Numbered from the stretch's first letter, positions 1 to 11,648 are shown. The stretch: 64,000 nt of DNA from an uncultured delta proteobacterium (GCA_963841435.1 CAWJCS010000006.1:608001-672000), one strand, 5' to 3'. A program made the numbers and translations. Notes: a model not told the origin generated them from the sequence alone.

Positions 1-2279
1 AAGCGGGCGAAGATGGGCACGCCGTCGCTCGAGGGGCTCGTCACGTGGCCGAACTCGGTGTTGAGCTTCAAGACGAAACCGTGCCCGAGCGGGTAGTAGA
101 AGCGCCCGAGCAGCCGGTGCCGGAGAAACTCGTTCGTCGAGCCCAGGAAGCTCGCGGCGAGCTCGGTAGACCCGTAGAGATAGATCCCCGACGTCGGGAA
201 ACAGTCGATTGTCACGCGTGTCGTAGGTGAGCCCGGGGCGGACGCTCGACGTGAAGCCGTCGTTGAACAGGTTCGCGAGCGGCAGGCTGCGAAACACGCT
301 CACGCGCGAGGAGGTGCCGAGCAGCGTCGTTGACGGCTGAGTGGAAACGTCGTCTTGCTCCGCCGTGTAGGTGAGCGAGACGCTCAGCTCGGGGTCGATG
401 ATCGGGTAGCCGAACGTGAGGGCGCCGCCCACGCTGCGCTGCGAAAAGTCCTGATAATTGCGCAGCTGGTCGTAAAGGTCGATGTTCGCGCTGAAGGGGC
501 TGTCGAGCAGGTACGGCTCGTAGAACTTGAGGTCGATCTGGCGGCGCAGCCCGGAAAGCTGGCCCTGGAGCGACAGCGACTGCCCGTTGCCGAACAGGTT
601 CGCCTGCTGGATCTGCGCCGTGACGATGAAGTTTTCGACGCTCGAGAAGCCGGCGCCGACCTGGAAGGTCCCCGTCGGCCGCTCGCTCACCTCGATGTAG
701 ACGTTCATCTTGTCGGGCGCGGAGCCCTGCTCGGTCGAGATGTCGACCCGCTCGAAGTAGCCGAGCGCCGTGATGCGACGCTTCGACCTGTCGAGCCGCG
801 TTTCGTGGAACAGTCTGGCCCTCGGTGACCTCGAGCTCGCGGCGGATGACCTTGTCGCGCGTCTTGCTGTTGCCGCGCACCTCGATGCGCTCGAAATAGA
901 CGAGCGGCCCGCGTTCGACCGGGATGACGACGTCAACCTCCTGCGTCGCGGGGTCGAGATTCGTCTGCGGGGTGGCGTCGACGTTCGCGTAGCCGTGGTC
1001 GCGGTACAGCGTGCGGACGGCCTGAAGGTCCTCGAGCAAAGCGGCGCGGTTGAAATAGTCGCCGGATTTGGCCCGCACCATCATGCGCAGGTTGCGGCGC
1101 CCGTCGATCGGCTCCACCTCACTGTCCGTCGGCGCCGCGCTCGTACACTCGAAGCTGACGAATCCGGTAGCGTGGGCCCTCGTCGATGGTGATCGACACC
1201 TCGATGCCGCTGCGGTCGGGCGTCAGCATGATGCGCGGCGTGCCGATCGACACGGCGAGAAAGCCACGGTCGTAGTAGAGCGCGCTGATCACGGCGACGT
1301 CGCGCTCGAAGGCATCCTGTCGGAAGGGGCCGCCCGAGCCGAAGACGAAGAAGCCCGAATTGCCCGTGAACATCAGCGGACTGCAGCTCTTCGGTGGAAA
1401 CGTGCTCGTTGCCGATGAAGGTGATCGCGCCGAACGCTGACCTGGTCGTGCTCGGTGATCTTGAACTTGACGTTGACCTCGCCCTCGCCCGACGGAACGA
1501 CGCTGCTCTCGACCTCGGCGAGGAAGTAGCCCTTCTCCGCGTACATGTCGCGGATCTTCTGGACGCTGCGCCGGATGGCGGGGCGGCTCAGGACGTGTCG
1601 CCTCCTTGATCTCGACGCCTTCCTTCAGATCGTCGTTTTCGATCTCTTTGTTGCCCTCGAAGACGAGCTTGGCGATGCTCGGGCGCTCACGCACGAGCAT
1701 CCGCAGCCGCACGCCGTCGTCGCGCCGGTCGAGGTCGACCTCGATGTCGTCGAAGAAGCCGGAGGCGTAGAGCTCGCGCACGTCGTCGGTGAGCGCTTCG
1801 CTCGAAAAGGGCGAGCCGACGCGCTCCTTCAGGTAGGTGCGCACGTCGTCGGCCGTGACGCGACGGTTGCCGGCAACGTCGATCGACAGAATGGGCAGTC
1901 CCTCGGCGAGCTCGGCCTCCGTCGGTGGGACGACCGCGACGGGCGCTTCTGGCTCTTCCTCCTCGGGCGTCGAGGCGGGAGTCGAGCCGGGCGAAGCGCC
2001 GGGCTCCGCCTTGGCGGGTTCGGCGCTCGGAGCGGGTGGTGCATCCGCGGCGGGTGCGGCGGATGGAGCCGCGGGCGCCGCGGCCGGAGCGCGCGGACGT
2101 TGCGCTCGACCCGGGGCCGCGCGCGTCGGGGCAGCGGACGCCGATGGCGCCGCGGGCGCCGGCCGAGGCTGGGCGCTCGCCGAGGGCGAGGCCGAAGCGG
2201 CGGGCGGACTCGTCTGTGCGCGGAGGGGCGGCGCAAAGAGGACGAGCGACGCGATGAGAAGAAAAGTCGGGGCGCGCAC
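1..2279 (-). CDS. bamA: Outer membrane protein assembly factor BamA (3' part beyond window; reading frame broken by five +1 insertions, probably sequence errors)
   Basis: Signal peptide from GTG 2279 and Pro/Ala linker, then POTRA motifs (IDVAGNRRV, LYASGFFDDI, IEVRGNSKTRDKVIRREL). The barrel start (ERPTGTFQVGAGFSS, NLFGNGQ, YDTRDNRLFPTSG) is readable by switching frame at about 1595, 1426, 1377, 1121 and 814. Confidence 0.92.
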
Positions 2280-2434
2280 GCGGGGCCCCCGGCGATAGCC
2301 CAGAGCCGGGCCTTTCTCAACCCCGAAGGCCGGATTTCCTTTACGAAATCGGCGCCGAGCGCGCCCGGTCCGCCAGGTCGGCCCAGAGCGAGGCGTGCCG
2401 CCCCGGCGGAGTGCCCAAGGGGCGTAAAGCGTGA

Positions 2435-4339
2435 TCAAACGTCGAGATCTTCGGCCTCGTCGGCGCGGTCCATGATGAAGCGGAAGCGAGCGCTAGGGTC
2501 CTTGCCCATGAGGTCGCCGACGACGCGATCCGTTTCGAGCGGGTCGGCAATCGACACGCGCAGCAAACGCCGCGTGCGGGGGTTCAGCGTCGTCTCCCAG
2601 AGTATTTTGGGCATCATCTCGCCGAGCCCCTTGAAGCGCGTGATTTCCGGCTTCTGGTTGCCCTTCACGTGCTCCTTGATGATCTTGTCACGGTCCGGCT
2701 CGTCGGCGGCATAGTAGCTCGCCTGTCCGATGTCGATGCGATAGAGCGGCGGCACGGCGACGAACACGCGCCCGTTCTTGATGAGCTCGGGGAGGTGTCG
2801 GTAGAGGAACGTGAGCAGCAGCGTCGTGATGTGGTGGCCGTCGGAATCGGCGTCGGCGAGCAGCACGAGGCGCTGGTAGCGCAGGCGCGCGAGATCGAAG
2901 CCCGCGCCCACGCCGCAGCCGAGCGCCGTCACGAGATCCTGGAGCTCCTTGTTCTCCAGAACCTTCGCCGTGGAGAGGCCCTCCGTGTTCAGCACCTTGC
3001 CACGCAACGGGAGGATCGCCTGCACGCTGCGATCGCGACCCTGCTTGGCGGAGCCGCCCGCCGAATCGCCCTCGACGATGAAGAGCTCGGTGTTCTCGCG
3101 ATTCGTGGCCAGGCAATCGCTGAGCTTGCCGGGCAGCGTGAAGCGCCCGCTCGTCGCGCTCTTGCGCGTCACTTCGGCGGAGGCCGCCCGGGACGCTTCC
3201 CGGGCTCGCGCCGCGAGGATCACGCGCGCGACGATTTGCTCGGCGACGCTGCGGTTCGAGTTCAGCCATTGCTCGAGAGCCGGGCGCACCCAGCCGTCGA
3301 CGAGCGATTGGAGCTCGGGGTTGTTCAGTCGATCCTTGGTCTGACCCTGGAACTGCGGGTCTTTGATGAAGACGCTGAGGATGCCGACGAGCCCCTCGCG
3401 CACGTCCTCCGCAGACAGCGCAACGCCACGCGGCAACAGACCGTGGGTATCGATGTAATTGCGCACCGCCTTGACGAGGCCGGCGCGAAGCCCGTTTTCG
3501 TGCGTTCCGCCGCTGCCCGTCGGGATGCCGTTGACGAAGCTCCGCACGCGCTCGTCGGTGGCCTCGGTCCAGCGTAGTGCCACCTCGAGCCGCATCTCGT
3601 CGTCGCGGGCAAACGAGAACGGCGTCTCGTGTACGCCGGCTCGTCCGCCTTCCTTCACGAGCCGCTCGAGGAACGCGACGACGCCGTCGGCGTGAGAAAA
3701 TTCGTGCTTTTCCTTGCGGGTCTCGTCGTTGAAGCGGACCGTGAGGCCGCGGTGCAAATAGCTCGTGATCTCGAGCCGCTCGCGGATCGTGTCGGGGTTG
3801 AAATCCGTGCGCGGGAAGATCGTGGGGTCGGGCCGGAACTTGATGGTCGTACCGGTGCCACGCGCTGCGCCGACGCGCTTGAGCTTGGACGCGACCGCAC
3901 CGGCCTTGAACTCCATGCGCCATTCGGCGCCGTCGCGCTTGACGGTGGCGATGAGCTCGGAGGACAGCGCGTTCACGACCGACGCGCCGACGCCGTGCAG
4001 GCCGCCGGCCGTCTTGTAGCTTTCGTCGTCGAATTTTCCGCCAGCGTGCAGCGTCGAGAAGATGATCTCGAGAGCGGACTTCTTGTGCTTCGGATGGATG
4101 TCGACGGGGATGCCGCGCCCGTCGTCGGTGACGGTCACGGATTGGCCGTCGGCGTGCAGCGTGACGTTGACTTGCGTGGCGTGGCCGTTCATCGCCTCGT
4201 CGACGCCGTTGTCGACAATCTCCCAGACGAGGTGGTGCAGGCCCGCCGCGCCGACGCCGCCGATGTACATGCCCGGGCGTTTGCGGACCGGCTCGAGGCC
4301 CTCGAGCACGGTGATGCTTTCCGCCGTGTATTTCGGCAT
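2435..4339 (-). CDS. parE: Type IIA topoisomerase subunit B (ParE-like / short GyrB)
   Basis: LEPVRKRPGMYIG, EIVDNGVDE, GGLHGVGASVVNALS, EGDSAGG, PLRGK, DADSDG, RFKGLGEM; 634 aa, no GyrB insertion. Confidence 0.85.
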   Translation of the reverse strand: MPKYTAESITVLEGLEPVRKRPGMYIGGVGAAGLHHLVWEIVDNGVDEAMNGHATQVNVTLHADGQSVTVTDDGRGIPVDIHPKHKKSALEIIFSTLHAGGKFDDESYKTAGGLHGVGASVVNALSSELIATVKRDGAEWRMEFKAGAVASKLKRVGAARGTGTTIKFRPDPTIFPRTDFNPDTIRERLEITSYLHRGLTVRFNDETRKEKHEFSHADGVVAFLERLVKEGGRAGVHETPFSFARDDEMRLEVALRWTEATDERVRSFVNGIPTGSGGTHENGLRAGLVKAVRNYIDTHGLLPRGVALSAEDVREGLVGILSVFIKDPQFQGQTKDRLNNPELQSLVDGWVRPALEQWLNSNRSVAEQIVARVILAARAREASRAASAEVTRKSATSGRFTLPGKLSDCLATNRENTELFIVEGDSAGGSAKQGRDRSVQAILPLRGKVLNTEGLSTAKVLENKELQDLVTALGCGVGAGFDLARLRYQRLVLLADADSDGHHITTLLLTFLYRHLPELIKNGRVFVAVPPLYRIDIGQASYYAADEPDRDKIIKEHVKGNQKPEITRFKGLGEMMPKILWETTLNPRTRRLLRVSIADPLETDRVVGDLMGKDPSARFRFIMDRADEAEDLDV

Positions 4340-6768
4340 CAGCGTGCTTCCTCGAGCGGCGGGGGCGCAGACGGCGGCTCGGCGACGACGCCGACGAGGC
4401 TCCCGCGCTTGATGATCTCGCGACCGCGGCCGCCGCGGCTCGTCTTCTCGTAGCTCGCGGTGCCCACGCGCTGCTCGCCACCCATCGACGTTTCGACGAC
4501 GAGCACGTCACGTGGGCCCTTCGCGGCCTTGAAGCCGATCACGGCGTCGTCGCCCTCCAGCTTGATCAGCGTCACGCCCTTGCCCGGTCCGGAGAGGAAG
4601 CTCACCTCGCCGGCCTTGCACAAAAGTGCCCTGCGGCCGCGCGTGACGGCAATCAGCGTCTCGCCGCCGCGCAGTCGTTCGACGCCCACGACCCGAGCTC
4701 CGTCGGCGACGCGCGCGAAACGCCGGCCCGCGCGCGTGCTCGGCGTGGCGAGCGGCTCGAGCCCGAAAGCGAGCGCGAAGCCGTCGCTCGTGGCGGCCAC
4801 GGCGTAGGTGTCGCCCGGCTTTTCCGGCGTCGAGCCGAGCTTCCCCGTGACGCGCGGATCGAGTGAGAAAGCTGCGACGATGCGCTCGCCGTCCTTGAGC
4901 TTGAAGAGCTTCTGGATGGGCTCGCCGTAGCCGCTCGTGGCGGGCACGTCGATGATGCGGGCGCTGTAGGCGGTTCCGAACGAGGAGAGGAACACGATCG
5001 TCGCCTTGGTGGAGCCGACCTCGCAGGCGAGCACCGAATCGCCCTCGCGCAGGCGCGTGGCCGCGGTGTCCTTGATCTCCTTCTGACGTTTCACCCAGCC
5101 GTCGGTCGTGAGAAGCACGTAGGCGTCCTCGGCGACGATCAGGTCCTCTTCGGAGTAGATCGCCTCCTCGTGGTCGGTCACGATGGCCGTACGGCGCTTC
5201 GCGTTCTTGCCGAGGCTCTCCTGGGTTTCGACGAGCTCGCGCCGGACGATCTTCCAGCGACCCGAGGTCGCGGCGGCCGTTCCGCCCAAGAGTGCGCGGA
5301 TTTCCTTGGCACGCCGCTTCTTCTCGTCGAGCTCCTTCTTGATGACGAGGATTTCGAGCCGAGCCAGGCGATACAGCCGAAGCTCGAGGATGGCGTCGGT
5401 CTGCTCGGCGTCGAGCGAGTAGCGCGCCATGATGGTCTTCTGCGCGTCGGCCTTGCCGTCCGATTTGCGGATGATCTTGATGATGGCGTCGAGCGCGTCG
5501 AAGACTTTGGCGAAGCCCGCGAGGATGTGGATGCGCTTGTCGAGGCCTGCGAGCTCGTTGGCGAGTCGCCGGGTCACGACGTCGAGCCGGAAGTGCAAGA
5601 AATGCCAGAGCACCGATTGGAGCTCCAGGCGCTCCGGGCGGCCGACCTCGGGCTTTTCCGTCGGCACGAGGCACGTCATGTTGACGGCGAAGCCGTTCTG
5701 CAGCGGCGTGTGCTTGTAGAGGTAAGCGAGCACGAGATCGGTGTCGGCGTCCTTCTTGAGCTCGAGCTCGATCGAGACGTCGTCGGTCGAAACGTCACGC
5801 ACGTCGAGCAGCATCGGCAATTTGCGCTGCAGAGCGATCTCGGCGATGCGTTCGACGACGGTGCTCTTGCTCACGCCGTAGGGAATGCTCGTGATCTCGA
5901 CGAGCTTGCTCGCGCGTCCCTCCTTGCCGAGGCGGTACGTCCCGCGGACGCGAATCGTGCCCTGGCCGGTCTCGTAGATGCGCTTGAGCTCTTCGGCGCT
6001 CGAGATGACCTCACCACCGGTCGGAAAATCGGGACCTTTGATGGTGCGGCAGAGCTCGCGCGACGAAAGCTGTTTGCCCTCGACGAGCGCGTCGAGCAGT
6101 CGAAGCGCGGCGGCGCAGACCTCCTCGGGATTGTGCGGCGGCACGTTGGTCGCCATGCCGACGGCGATGCCCGTCGTCCCGTTAACGAGCAGGTGCGGCA
6201 GCTGCGCCGGCAGCACGATCGGCTCGGATCGGGTCCCGTCGTAGTTCGGTCGGAACGGTACGGTGTCCTGGTCGAGCTCGTCGAGCAGGCGGCTCGCGAG
6301 CGGGGCCAGGCGGCACTCCGTGTAGCGCATGGCCGCCGCGGGGTCGCCGTCGAGGGACCCGAAATTGCCGGAGCCGTCGACGAGCGGCACGCGCAGACTG
6401 AAGGGTTGCGCCAGGCGTACGAGCGCGTCGTAGATCGCCTCGTTGCCGTGCGGGTGGTACCCGCCCATCACGTCGCCCACGATCTTCGCGCACTTTCGGT
6501 GCTTGGCGTCCGGGCCCATGCCCTGTTGCCACATCGTGTAGAGGATGCGGCGCTGCACGGGCTTCAGGCCGTCGCGCACGTCGGGCAGCGCGCGGCTCGT
6601 GATGACGCTGAGTGCGTAGTTCAGGTAGCGAGCCTGGGCGAGCTCGTGCAGCGCTACGCCCTCTTCGACGAAGAGCCCGAGCTGCGAGGGGGCGCCTTTC
6701 TCCGAGCCGGCAGTGCGGCGCGGCCGCTTGCCGGATCCGGAGGTTTTCGATTTGCGTCGGGTCGCCAC
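4339..6768 (-). CDS. parC: Type IIA topoisomerase subunit A (ParC-like)
   Basis: [18 protein letters not shown], catalytic [15 protein letters not shown]. First C-terminal blade lacks the GyrA-box. GTG start; stop overlaps the parE start. Confidence 0.82.
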   Translation of the reverse strand: MATRRKSKTSGSGKRPRRTAGSEKGAPSQLGLFVEEGVALHELAQARYLNYALSVITSRALPDVRDGLKPVQRRILYTMWQQGMGPDAKHRKCAKIVGDVMGGYHPHGNEAIYDALVRLAQPFSLRVPLVDGSGNFGSLDGDPAAAMRYTECRLAPLASRLLDELDQDTVPFRPNYDGTRSEPIVLPAQLPHLLVNGTTGIAVGMATNVPPHNPEEVCAAALRLLDALVEGKQLSSRELCRTIKGPDFPTGGEVISSAEELKRIYETGQGTIRVRGTYRLGKEGRASKLVEITSIPYGVSKSTVVERIAEIALQRKLPMLLDVRDVSTDDVSIELELKKDADTDLVLAYLYKHTPLQNGFAVNMTCLVPTEKPEVGRPERLELQSVLWHFLHFRLDVVTRRLANELAGLDKRIHILAGFAKVFDALDAIIKIIRKSDGKADAQKTIMARYSLDAEQTDAILELRLYRLARLEILVIKKELDEKKRRAKEIRALLGGTAAATSGRWKIVRRELVETQESLGKNAKRRTAIVTDHEEAIYSEEDLIVAEDAYVLLTTDGWVKRQKEIKDTAATRLREGDSVLACEVGSTKATIVFLSSFGTAYSARIIDVPATSGYGEPIQKLFKLKDGERIVAAFSLDPRVTGKLGSTPEKPGDTYAVAATSDGFALAFGLEPLATPSTRAGRRFARVADGARVVGVERLRGGETLIAVTRGRRALLCKAGEVSFLSGPGKGVTLIKLEGDDAVIGFKAAKGPRDVLVVETSMGGEQRVGTASYEKTSRGGRGREIIKRGSLVGVVAEPPSAPPPLEEAR

Positions 6769-6805
6769 GCGCGGCGGTCACCGCTACGGGGTCGTGGAGC
6801 TAGCG

Positions 6806-8188
6806 TCAACCCCGATATTCTTCGACCTCGATCCCGTAGCGCTTCATCCAGCGATGGACCTGCATGCGCGCCTTGCCGAGCTCCCGGCCCACGGCCGCCA
6901 CGTTGCCCCGGTGGACGTCGAGCAGGCGTCGGAGCTCGTCCTCCGGGGGCGCGCCCTGCGCCGGGGGCGCGGGCCGGTAGGGCGCCGCGGGGCGCTCACG
7001 CAGGCCGTATCCCTCCATGGCCTCCGTCACCGCGTCGGGCAGGTGTTCGGGCAGGAGCACCGGCCCGCTCGCGAGCGCCACGGCGCGCTTGATGCAGGCC
7101 TCGAGCTCGCGAACGTTGTAGGGCCAGTCGTAGTTCAGGAGCGCCGTCATGAAGGGGAAGGTCGGCTTGAGGTCCGGACGCCCCTGCCTGCCGAGGAAGC
7201 TCGTGACCAGCGCGAAAATGTCCTCCTTGCGCTCGTAGAGCGGCGGAAGGTCGAGCTTGTACTCGTTGAGTCGCCCGAACAGGTCTTCGCGAAACTTGGC
7301 TTCGCGCTGCAGCTTGCCGAGGTCTCGGTGCGTCGCGCCGACGACGCGCACGTCGACGGGCTCGGGAGACGTCGAGCCGAGCGGCAGCACCTCGCGCTGC
7401 TGGAGCACGCGCAAAAGCTTCGCCTGCGCTTCGAGCGGCATGTCGCCAATCTCGTCGAGCAGGAGCGTCCCTCCGTCGGCGGCGCGGATGAGGCCCGGTT
7501 TGTCGCGTTCGGCGCCCGAGAACGCCCCCCGCTTGTAGCCAAAGAGCTCGCTCTCGAGGAGGTTGCCGGGGATGGCCGCGCAGTTGACCGCCGCGAATCG
7601 ACCCGAGCGACCGCTCAGGCGATGGAGCTCGGAGGCGACCACTTCTTTGCCCGTGCCGCTCGCGCCGAGAAGCAGCACGTTGAGTGGGGCGGGGGCGACG
7701 CGTTCGAGCTCCTCGAGCACCAGGTCCATCTGCAAGCCGCCGACGAGCGCTCCGCTCTCCCGAGCGCGACGGGTCGCCGAGCCCGTCATCGTGCCGTCGA
7801 TGCGATACCGCGCATACTCCTCGGCCCCTTCGTCGACGAGCTTGACGATGGCATCGCCCACGCGCAGCTCGTCGAGCGGCTCGATCTCGGCTTCGCTCAC
7901 GGGGTGACCGTTGACGAGCGTTCCGTTGCGGCTGCCGAGGTCGCGCACGACGAAGCCCGTTCCCTCGCGGCGCACCTCGGCGTGGCGCCGCGAAACCGCG
8001 GTGACGGGCAGCACGATATCGGCGTCGGCGTCCCTTCCGAGCGTCAGGGGCTCGCGACCGAGCGGCCACGCCGCGGGCAACGCTTGGTACTCACCGGCAT
8101 AAAGCAGCACGAGGCCCGGCGAGCCACGCGGTCGGTCCCACCGGCCCGGGTGGAACTCTTGCATCTCGTCGGTGCGCTTCTCGTTCAT
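6806..8188 (-). CDS. FHA-domain sigma-54-dependent transcriptional activator
   Basis: FHA motifs (LGRD...VSRRHA...DLGSRNGT), Walker [36 protein letters not shown]-terminal Fis-type HTH. Confidence 0.93.
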   Translation of the reverse strand: MNEKRTDEMQEFHPGRWDRPRGSPGLVLLYAGEYQALPAAWPLGREPLTLGRDADADIVLPVTAVSRRHAEVRREGTGFVVRDLGSRNGTLVNGHPVSEAEIEPLDELRVGDAIVKLVDEGAEEYARYRIDGTMTGSATRRARESGALVGGLQMDLVLEELERVAPAPLNVLLLGASGTGKEVVASELHRLSGRSGRFAAVNCAAIPGNLLESELFGYKRGAFSGAERDKPGLIRAADGGTLLLDEIGDMPLEAQAKLLRVLQQREVLPLGSTSPEPVDVRVVGATHRDLGKLQREAKFREDLFGRLNEYKLDLPPLYERKEDIFALVTSFLGRQGRPDLKPTFPFMTALLNYDWPYNVRELEACIKRAVALASGPVLLPEHLPDAVTEAMEGYGLRERPAAPYRPAPPAQGAPPEDELRRLLDVHRGNVAAVGRELGKARMQVHRWMKRYGIEVEEYRG

Positions 8189-8327
8189 CGGCGGCGGCCA
8201 CGTGCCCGGGTCCCGGCGCGTGCGCCGGCCTCAGTCTGCCACGCTCTCGGCCCGCCGGGCGTCTGACCGTCGGCCCGCCCGCCGACCCCCAGGCGCGCGC
8301 CGGCCCGGGGGACGCTACGCTTCGCCC

Positions 8328-9167
8328 ATGATCCCCCCGGACGCCGAGCCCCGCCGGTCCCTCGATGTCGCCGCCGTGCAGCTTTCGTCGGGTGCCGACG
8401 TCGGTAAAAATCTCGAGGACTGCGCACGGCTCGTGGGTGAGGCCGCGTCGCGCGGCGCGAAGCTCGTCGTGTTGCCCGAGAACTTCGCCTTCATGGGACC
8501 CGACGCCGACCGCCGGATCCACGCCGAGATGCTCGGCGACGAAGCAGCGCCGATCCAGCGCGTGCTCTCCACGCTCGCGAGACGACACGCCATCACGCTC
8601 GTCGCTGGCGGCATGCCCGAACGCACCGACGACGGCGTGCCACCGTTCAACACGGCCCTCGTTCACGACGAAAGCGGCGCGCTCGTCGCGAGCTACCGGA
8701 AGGTCCACCTCTTCGACGTCGACCTCGCGGACGGGACGAAGCTTCGTGAGTCGGCGACGACGACGCCGGGCGCCTCCGTGGTGGTCGTGCCCGTGGGCGG
8801 TTTCACGGCCGGCCTTTCGATCTGTTACGACCTGAGGTTTCCCGAGCTCTACCGGGCGCTCGTCGACCGGGGGGCGGAATTGCTGCTGGTTCCGGCGGCG
8901 TTCACGCTGCACACGGGCAAGGATCACTGGCACGTGCTCCTGCGCGCGCGCGCCATCGAGTCGCAGTGCTACGTCGTCGCGGCGGCTCAGTGGGGCAAGC
9001 ATCCGCTAGGCCGTCAGAGCTACGGCCATGCGCTCGTCGCGGATCCGTGGGGCACGGTGCTTGCCGAGGCCGCAGACGGCCTCGGCTTCGCTCTCGCGCG
9101 CGTCGAAGGGCGGCGCCTCGCCGAAGTGCGTGCGTCCCTGCCGAGCCTCAGCCACCGGCGACTCTAG
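8328..9167 (+). CDS. Carbon-nitrogen hydrolase (Nit1/deaminated glutathione amidase-like)
   Basis: Catalytic E-K-C triad motifs LPEN, YRKVHLFD, ICYDLRFPE; also RARAIESQ. Confidence 0.92.
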   Translation: MIPPDAEPRRSLDVAAVQLSSGADVGKNLEDCARLVGEAASRGAKLVVLPENFAFMGPDADRRIHAEMLGDEAAPIQRVLSTLARRHAITLVAGGMPERTDDGVPPFNTALVHDESGALVASYRKVHLFDVDLADGTKLRESATTTPGASVVVVPVGGFTAGLSICYDLRFPELYRALVDRGAELLLVPAAFTLHTGKDHWHVLLRARAIESQCYVVAAAQWGKHPLGRQSYGHALVADPWGTVLAEAADGLGFALARVEGRRLAEVRASLPSLSHRRL

Positions 9168-9264
9168 CCGCACGGGGCACGACAGGAGCAGTCGCCGCGG
9201 GGCCAAGCCCCGCTCGCCGAGACGTGTGATTCTCGGCTTCGTCGCCACGAGCCCCCCGTAGAGC

Positions 9265-10260
9265 TCACAGATGCCGCTTGGCGATCTCGGTCCAGGTGCC
9301 GGACGGCTCGAGCATGATGTAGCTCTTCCAGTACGGCCGCGCCTTCTGGGATTCGCCCACCTGCTCGTAGGCCATCGCCAGGTTGAAGTAGGCGTCCGAA
9401 AACTTCGGGTCGCTCTCGATGGCGCCGAGGAAGAGGGGGATGCTCACGTCGGGGTCGCCGCGCTCGAGCATCACGTAGCCAAGGTTGTACTGCGCCTCGG
9501 GTTGGCGCGGATCGATCTCGAGCGCTTTCTTGTAGAGCTCCTCGGCCGCGGTGCCGTCCTGACGTCGGAAGCGGATGTTGCCGAGGTTCGTGTACGCGAT
9601 GGCGAGCCACGGATCGAGGGTGATGGCCTCGCGATAGAGCCGTTCCGCCTCGTCCATGGAAAAGGGCTCCTCGTCGAGCTGGCTTGCCCTGAGGTAGAGC
9701 TCATACGCCGTGCGCGCCCGCTCGCGCCCCGCCGAGGGCCGGAGCACGCGCACGACGTCGTCGCGCAGCGTTTTCACCTCGAAGTCGAGCAGCATCTGCC
9801 CCGTGAGCGGCTCGAACACGCCGTCCTGGCTGCGCACGACCACGCGCTGCCCGTCCGAGACGATGCGAAGCTCCTGGAGCGGCCGCGTGACTTTCGGCAG
9901 CGTCCGCCTGAGCGCCGACACGGCGCGCGTGACGTCGCGGAGGCGAACGCGCTGCGACAGCAAGGACTGCGCCGTCCGCACCGCGATCAGATCGGAGAAC
10001 GTGTAGGCGCGCCGCCCGCGACGCCGCGCCGTGGGCGACACGACGCCGGAGCGGTCGAGCGTGCGGAGCCGCGCGGCCGTGATGCCGAGCAAGCGCGCGA
10101 TCTCGCCGAACGTGAACAAGTCGGTGAGCGGCTCACGACTAGCGTCACCGAGCGGAGCCGGTCCGGCGCCACCGTGATCCACGCGTTCATGCCGGCGTCC
10201 GCCACCGGGGCCAAACACGACGTGAATGATTTTTTCGTCGCGTTGCTTCTTGCGACCCAT
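9265..10260 (-). CDS. MerR-type HTH plus tetratricopeptide repeat protein
   Basis: FTFGEIARLLGITAARLRTLDRSGVVSP...YTFSDL, followed by TPRs (AYTNLG, AQYNLG, AYFNLA). Start could be 10299. Confidence 0.85.
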   Translation of the reverse strand: MGRKKQRDEKIIHVVFGPGGGRRHERVDHGGAGPAPLGDASREPLTDLFTFGEIARLLGITAARLRTLDRSGVVSPTARRRGRRAYTFSDLIAVRTAQSLLSQRVRLRDVTRAVSALRRTLPKVTRPLQELRIVSDGQRVVVRSQDGVFEPLTGQMLLDFEVKTLRDDVVRVLRPSAGRERARTAYELYLRASQLDEEPFSMDEAERLYREAITLDPWLAIAYTNLGNIRFRRQDGTAAEELYKKALEIDPRQPEAQYNLGYVMLERGDPDVSIPLFLGAIESDPKFSDAYFNLAMAYEQVGESQKARPYWKSYIMLEPSGTWTEIAKRHL

Positions 10261-10465
10261 GGCGCTGCGATCCGAAACGTCGCCTATCAGTCTGTCCATG
10301 CGGCTCCCGTGTCAAGAGGGACGCGGGTTCCGAACCGCGAGCCGACGTGCACGCCTCACAAAGCACTCGCGCACGCACCACGACGGCCGTCCAGGGTGAA
10401 GTGGTGCCGGAACGAGTTCACTCTTGACGCGCGCGACGCGCGACGCGGCGAGCACACCGCTTGCG

Positions 10466-10954
10466 TCAGGCACCGCGCGTGCCTCGTTTCGGCTCCTCGA
10501 CGTCCGTACGCCGCGGCGGCATGGGAACTGCGTCCCTGAAAACGCGCGCTTCCACGTCGACGTCAACCCGGATGCCGCGTGCGTCGTGACGCACGGCGAG
10601 CTCGGCGCGGACGCGCCCGAGCGGCCCACTCGAGCGAACCTGAGCCTCGAGGCAGGCGATGCGCACCGCGCGGATCCGCGCATGGGGGTCCGCGGCGACG
10701 AGCTGGGCGATTTCGGTGCCGAGCTCGTCGGGGACGGCGCCACCCCGGGACGCGAAGGGCAAGAGCACACTCGTCGACCCGTAATACGTCGCTCCGTCAG
10801 GTTCGTCGCGCGTCGCCCCTTCGCTCATCACGTCGGCGCACTCGAAGAGCTCGCGCAGCCTGTAGTCGTTGCTACGCCAGAGCTCGAGCGTGCGGCGGGC
10901 GAGCAGCGGTGCGCCGCGGGCTTTGCGCAGACCCGGCCCTTTGAGCTTACGCAT
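10466..10954 (-). CDS. Hypothetical protein
   Basis: ATG 10954 (MRKLKGPG), GC3-rich coding pattern, fills the gap between genes. Confidence 0.7.
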   Translation of the reverse strand: MRKLKGPGLRKARGAPLLARRTLELWRSNDYRLRELFECADVMSEGATRDEPDGATYYGSTSVLLPFASRGGAVPDELGTEIAQLVAADPHARIRAVRIACLEAQVRSSGPLGRVRAELAVRHDARGIRVDVDVEARVFRDAVPMPPRRTDVEEPKRGTRGA

Positions 10955-11143
10955 GTTGCGTGCCTTGGGGTCGATCCCTCCTGGGAGCCGAAGGAGTCGC
11001 TCTGCCGGGGCCGAGCATGACGTGATCGTACGTCGACGGACCACTGTGCTTGCAAAAAGCGCGTGAAACGGCGGACGCCGTGACCGGAATATTGGCCCAA
11101 CGGACGCCGATGCTCTGTGATCGCGGCGCAAGGAGAATCCAGC

Positions 11144-11482
11144 ATGCCGACTCAGAGCTACCGGGGCCCCGAGCGTCGTCTTTATCGCCTCTACGTGACG
11201 CGCAACACCGAGTATCACTTCCGCGGCGAACGCTGCGTCGCCGTCCGCGACCGGCGCACCGGGAGGTGGCTCGACGCGCACCTTGCCATCGACCGCAAGC
11301 TCGCGGGCGGCGTGCGCTTCCATCAAAACGGGGTTGCCGTGCCTTCGTGCTCCAACCCCGAGGTCGGCGAAGCGCTCTACTTCGACGACGAGGGACGCGA
11401 GCTCATCACGAGCATCCTCGCGAGCATCGAGCGCCCTTCCAAGCAGGTCGTCGAAAGCTACCTCGACCGCGCTGCGAGCTGA
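11144..11482 (+). CDS. Hypothetical protein (myxobacterial TRNTEYH-motif type)
   Basis: AGGAG RBS at 11131; ERR..YVTRNTEYH...CVAVRDRRTG; coding-like codon usage. Confidence 0.8.
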   Translation: MPTQSYRGPERRLYRLYVTRNTEYHFRGERCVAVRDRRTGRWLDAHLAIDRKLAGGVRFHQNGVAVPSCSNPEVGEALYFDDEGRELITSILASIERPSKQVVESYLDRAAS

Positions 11483-11648
11483 GGGCGAGACCTGGTTCGA
11501 GCGGCGTTCTTGCTTGTTCAACCAGTTTCCTCAATGCGCGTAAGGACTTGCACTCCACCGACCACATACGCGGCTGGGTGCGAAGCGGGGTTCGCGGTTC
11601 AGCATCACGCTGCCCCGCGATCTTCCGTGTTTTTCGAGGACCGTTGGG

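Noticed and set aside
1-2279. bamA as a true pseudogene or programmed frameshift gene
   Set aside because: It is an essential gene with five scattered +1 insertions and no slippery sites; sequencing error is far more parsimonious.
5170-7092. Long antisense or alternate-frame ORFs (e.g. 5170-7092+, 47575-49401+, 54959-57076+, 34183-35805+)
   Set aside because: They are shadow ORFs of well-supported genes, expected at very high GC; they have no motifs and are Arg/Ala/Gly-rich.
6806-8188. GAFSGA instead of GAFTGA implying an inactive activator
   Set aside because: GAFSGA is a common natural variant and all other AAA+ motifs are intact.
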